A stretch of 64,000 nucleotides of DNA from a virus. Numbering within the stretch: position 1 is the first letter of the stretch; each line of letters starts with the position of its first letter. The notes under the pieces are model-generated. The model was not told the DNA's origin. It ran no database searches and was given only the letters and a program-made list of their open reading frames with translations. The stretch is from the IMG/VR virus record IMGVR_UViG_3300025812_000003; one strand, given 5' to 3'. Shown here one piece after another: positions 62,861 through 64,000 of this stretch. The translations under genes and the position numbers were made by a program.

Positions 62861-63388
62861 TTAGCACGGATGCTGGCCTTCTCTCCCAGCGGAGACAATA
62901 CCGTAATGGGCCAGCAGGAGGGCATCCGCCCTCCCGATGTCCTTCTTCCTGGACAGTTGGGATGCCACCTGGGGATAGAGCTGGATCGCCCGCTGCCTGG
63001 CGGCGTCCTTCTCCTTGGGCATGTCCATCATGACTGCCTTCTTCCACGTCACCGGGCTGACCAACGTATAGGGGACCTTCAGGGCGGCGAGCATGCCCCT
63101 CCACAGCCCATATCCCATGCCGAAGTTGAACGTGGAGGACACGCCCTGGTCCGGCATGGCCGACACCCTCTCCAGGATACAGGAAGTCTCCGCCTCCAGC
63201 GTGGAGAACTCGGACAGGACGGAGGCCATGGACGCCTCGTTGTACTCGTGCCTTATTTTCTTCCCCGACTTGACCTCGAACAGCAGCGGGTCGTACAGGC
63301 GGATGTCTTTATTTCCGTCATCCAGGACCCGGATCATGGCCAGGCATCCGGTCTGCCCGGGGTCAATGCCGAGGAACGTTTTTCCCAT
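62861..63388 (-). CDS. ruvC: RuvC-like Holliday junction resolvase
   Basis: LGIDPG..G, LERV.AMP.QGVSSTFNFG..YG, P.TWKK, ADALLLA.YG. Confidence 0.9.
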   Translation of the reverse strand: MGKTFLGIDPGQTGCLAMIRVLDDGNKDIRLYDPLLFEVKSGKKIRHEYNEASMASVLSEFSTLEAETSCILERVSAMPDQGVSSTFNFGMGYGLWRGMLAALKVPYTLVSPVTWKKAVMMDMPKEKDAARQRAIQLYPQVASQLSRKKDIGRADALLLAHYGIVSAGREGQHPC

Positions 63389-63647
63389 TGGGTTTTCGGC
63401 CCTCCCATCCGCGAGGTAGCAGCCCCCCGCCCCGCCTCCCGCATCCCTCGCAGGGATGGCTGATGTGGCTCAGGCATCCCGGATGCCCGCACGGCTCCCC
63501 GGGACGGTATTTCTCGGGCGTCAACCATGGGTCTGGAAGTTGCGGCGGGATTTCCTTGGGCTTCTTCATTTCAGTGGGCCGAGGAAGGCTCATGCATGCC
63601 CGTGCGTGAGCCTTTTTGCGATGTTTCCCGCATGCGCCGCAAGCCAT
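63363..63647 (-). CDS. Small Cys/His-rich protein
   Basis: CGAC..., PCGHPGCLSHISHPCEGCGR. Confidence 0.5.
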   Translation of the reverse strand: MACGACGKHRKKAHARACMSLPRPTEMKKPKEIPPQLPDPWLTPEKYRPGEPCGHPGCLSHISHPCEGCGRRGGGLLPRGWEGRKPNGKNVPRH

Positions 63648-63865
63648 CCGTTGCTCAGCAGGCAGGGGAGATCGTCGATGCTCTCCACCTCCGACATGAT
63701 CTCCTCGACCGCCCCGGAAGGGAGCTTGTCCCGCATGAGGAGGTAGAGGAAGACCACCAGCCTGGAGTCGGCCTCCCGGTCCCCGCTGTTGTAGGCCATG
63801 CCTGCTTGTGCCGTGCTCAGCCCCTTCACGGAGACATCGGAAATCGAGCGGCAGTCTATTGCCAT
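63590..63865 (-). CDS. Hypothetical phage protein
   Basis: 91 aa, RBS AAGGAG; LV.FLY.LMRD.LP.G.VE motif. Confidence 0.6.
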   Translation of the reverse strand: MAIDCRSISDVSVKGLSTAQAGMAYNSGDREADSRLVVFLYLLMRDKLPSGAVEEIMSEVESIDDLPCLLSNGWLAAHAGNIAKRLTHGHA

Positions 63866-63877
63866 GCTATGCTCCTT

Positions 63878-64000
63878 CTACAAATCCTCAATGTTGTCGA
63901 GGTTCGCCTCCGCCGCGCCTGCGGCGGCCCCGGCGAGCAGCGCCTTCCATTCGAGGAGAGTGGCCTTCTTCCCAAGCCTCCTGAACAGCTTCTTGCCGCC
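63878..64000 (-). CDS. C-terminal fragment of a gene running off the window
   Basis: Open frame GGKKLFRRLGKKATLLEW...NIEDL*. Confidence 0.5.
   Translation of the reverse strand, partial: GGKKLFRRLGKKATLLEWKALLAGAAAGAAEANLDNIEDL

Noticed and set aside
50504-63033. Long plus-strand ORFs opposite portal, polA, sbcC and recA (e.g. 50504-53512, 56669-58786, 60712-63033)
   Set aside because: These are antisense shadows of well-supported minus-strand genes.
1-64000. Genome-wide TAG reassignment (code 15-type recoding)
   Set aside because: TAG terminates several complete-looking genes (1878, 7702, 25937, 30564, 36380, 42309, 43042), and long ORFs are intact under the standard code. Only one domain-internal TAG was found.
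1-64000. CRISPR array, tRNA or rRNA genes
   Set aside because: I found no regularly spaced repeat-spacer series and no cloverleaf with T-loop/D-loop consensus in the few intergenic gaps.

Overview
This is a 64-kb segment of a large, GC-rich dsDNA bacteriophage genome. It is densely coding and I found no rRNA, tRNA, CRISPR array or transposase. Virion genes: a tail-fibre-like protein (5' partial), portal, a 1.3-kaa PKD/CBM-type structural protein, a glycosyltransferase and holin/spanin candidates. Replication and recombination genes: family A polymerase, DnaX clamp loader, probable sliding clamp, RecA, RuvC, and a primase and a Rad50/SbcC that are each split into halves about 15 kb apart. Accessory genes: CCA-adding enzyme, NBD2-only Clp ATPase, NusG paralog, JAB protease, PPase-like protein, metallophosphoesterase, HNH, and a two-frame (alpha/beta) C5 DNA methyltransferase. 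The most striking element is a 5842-aa ORF (7702-25230, minus strand). It reads as a chain of about 34 effector-sized modules: about 19 ADP-ribosyltransferase-like, plus 2 GNAT, 2 ParB-like, 2 metallopeptidase-like, GIY-YIG and others. Almost every junction carries a short [K/R/V/M/I]-x-A-(A/S) linker. The same motif ends short N-terminal leaders or sits in linkers of other predicted head proteins, which suggests prohead-protease processing into a packaged effector cocktail. Two lower-GC modules are bracketed by in-frame direct repeats, consistent with cassette-like module exchange. All calls come from reading motifs by eye; no database searches were run.
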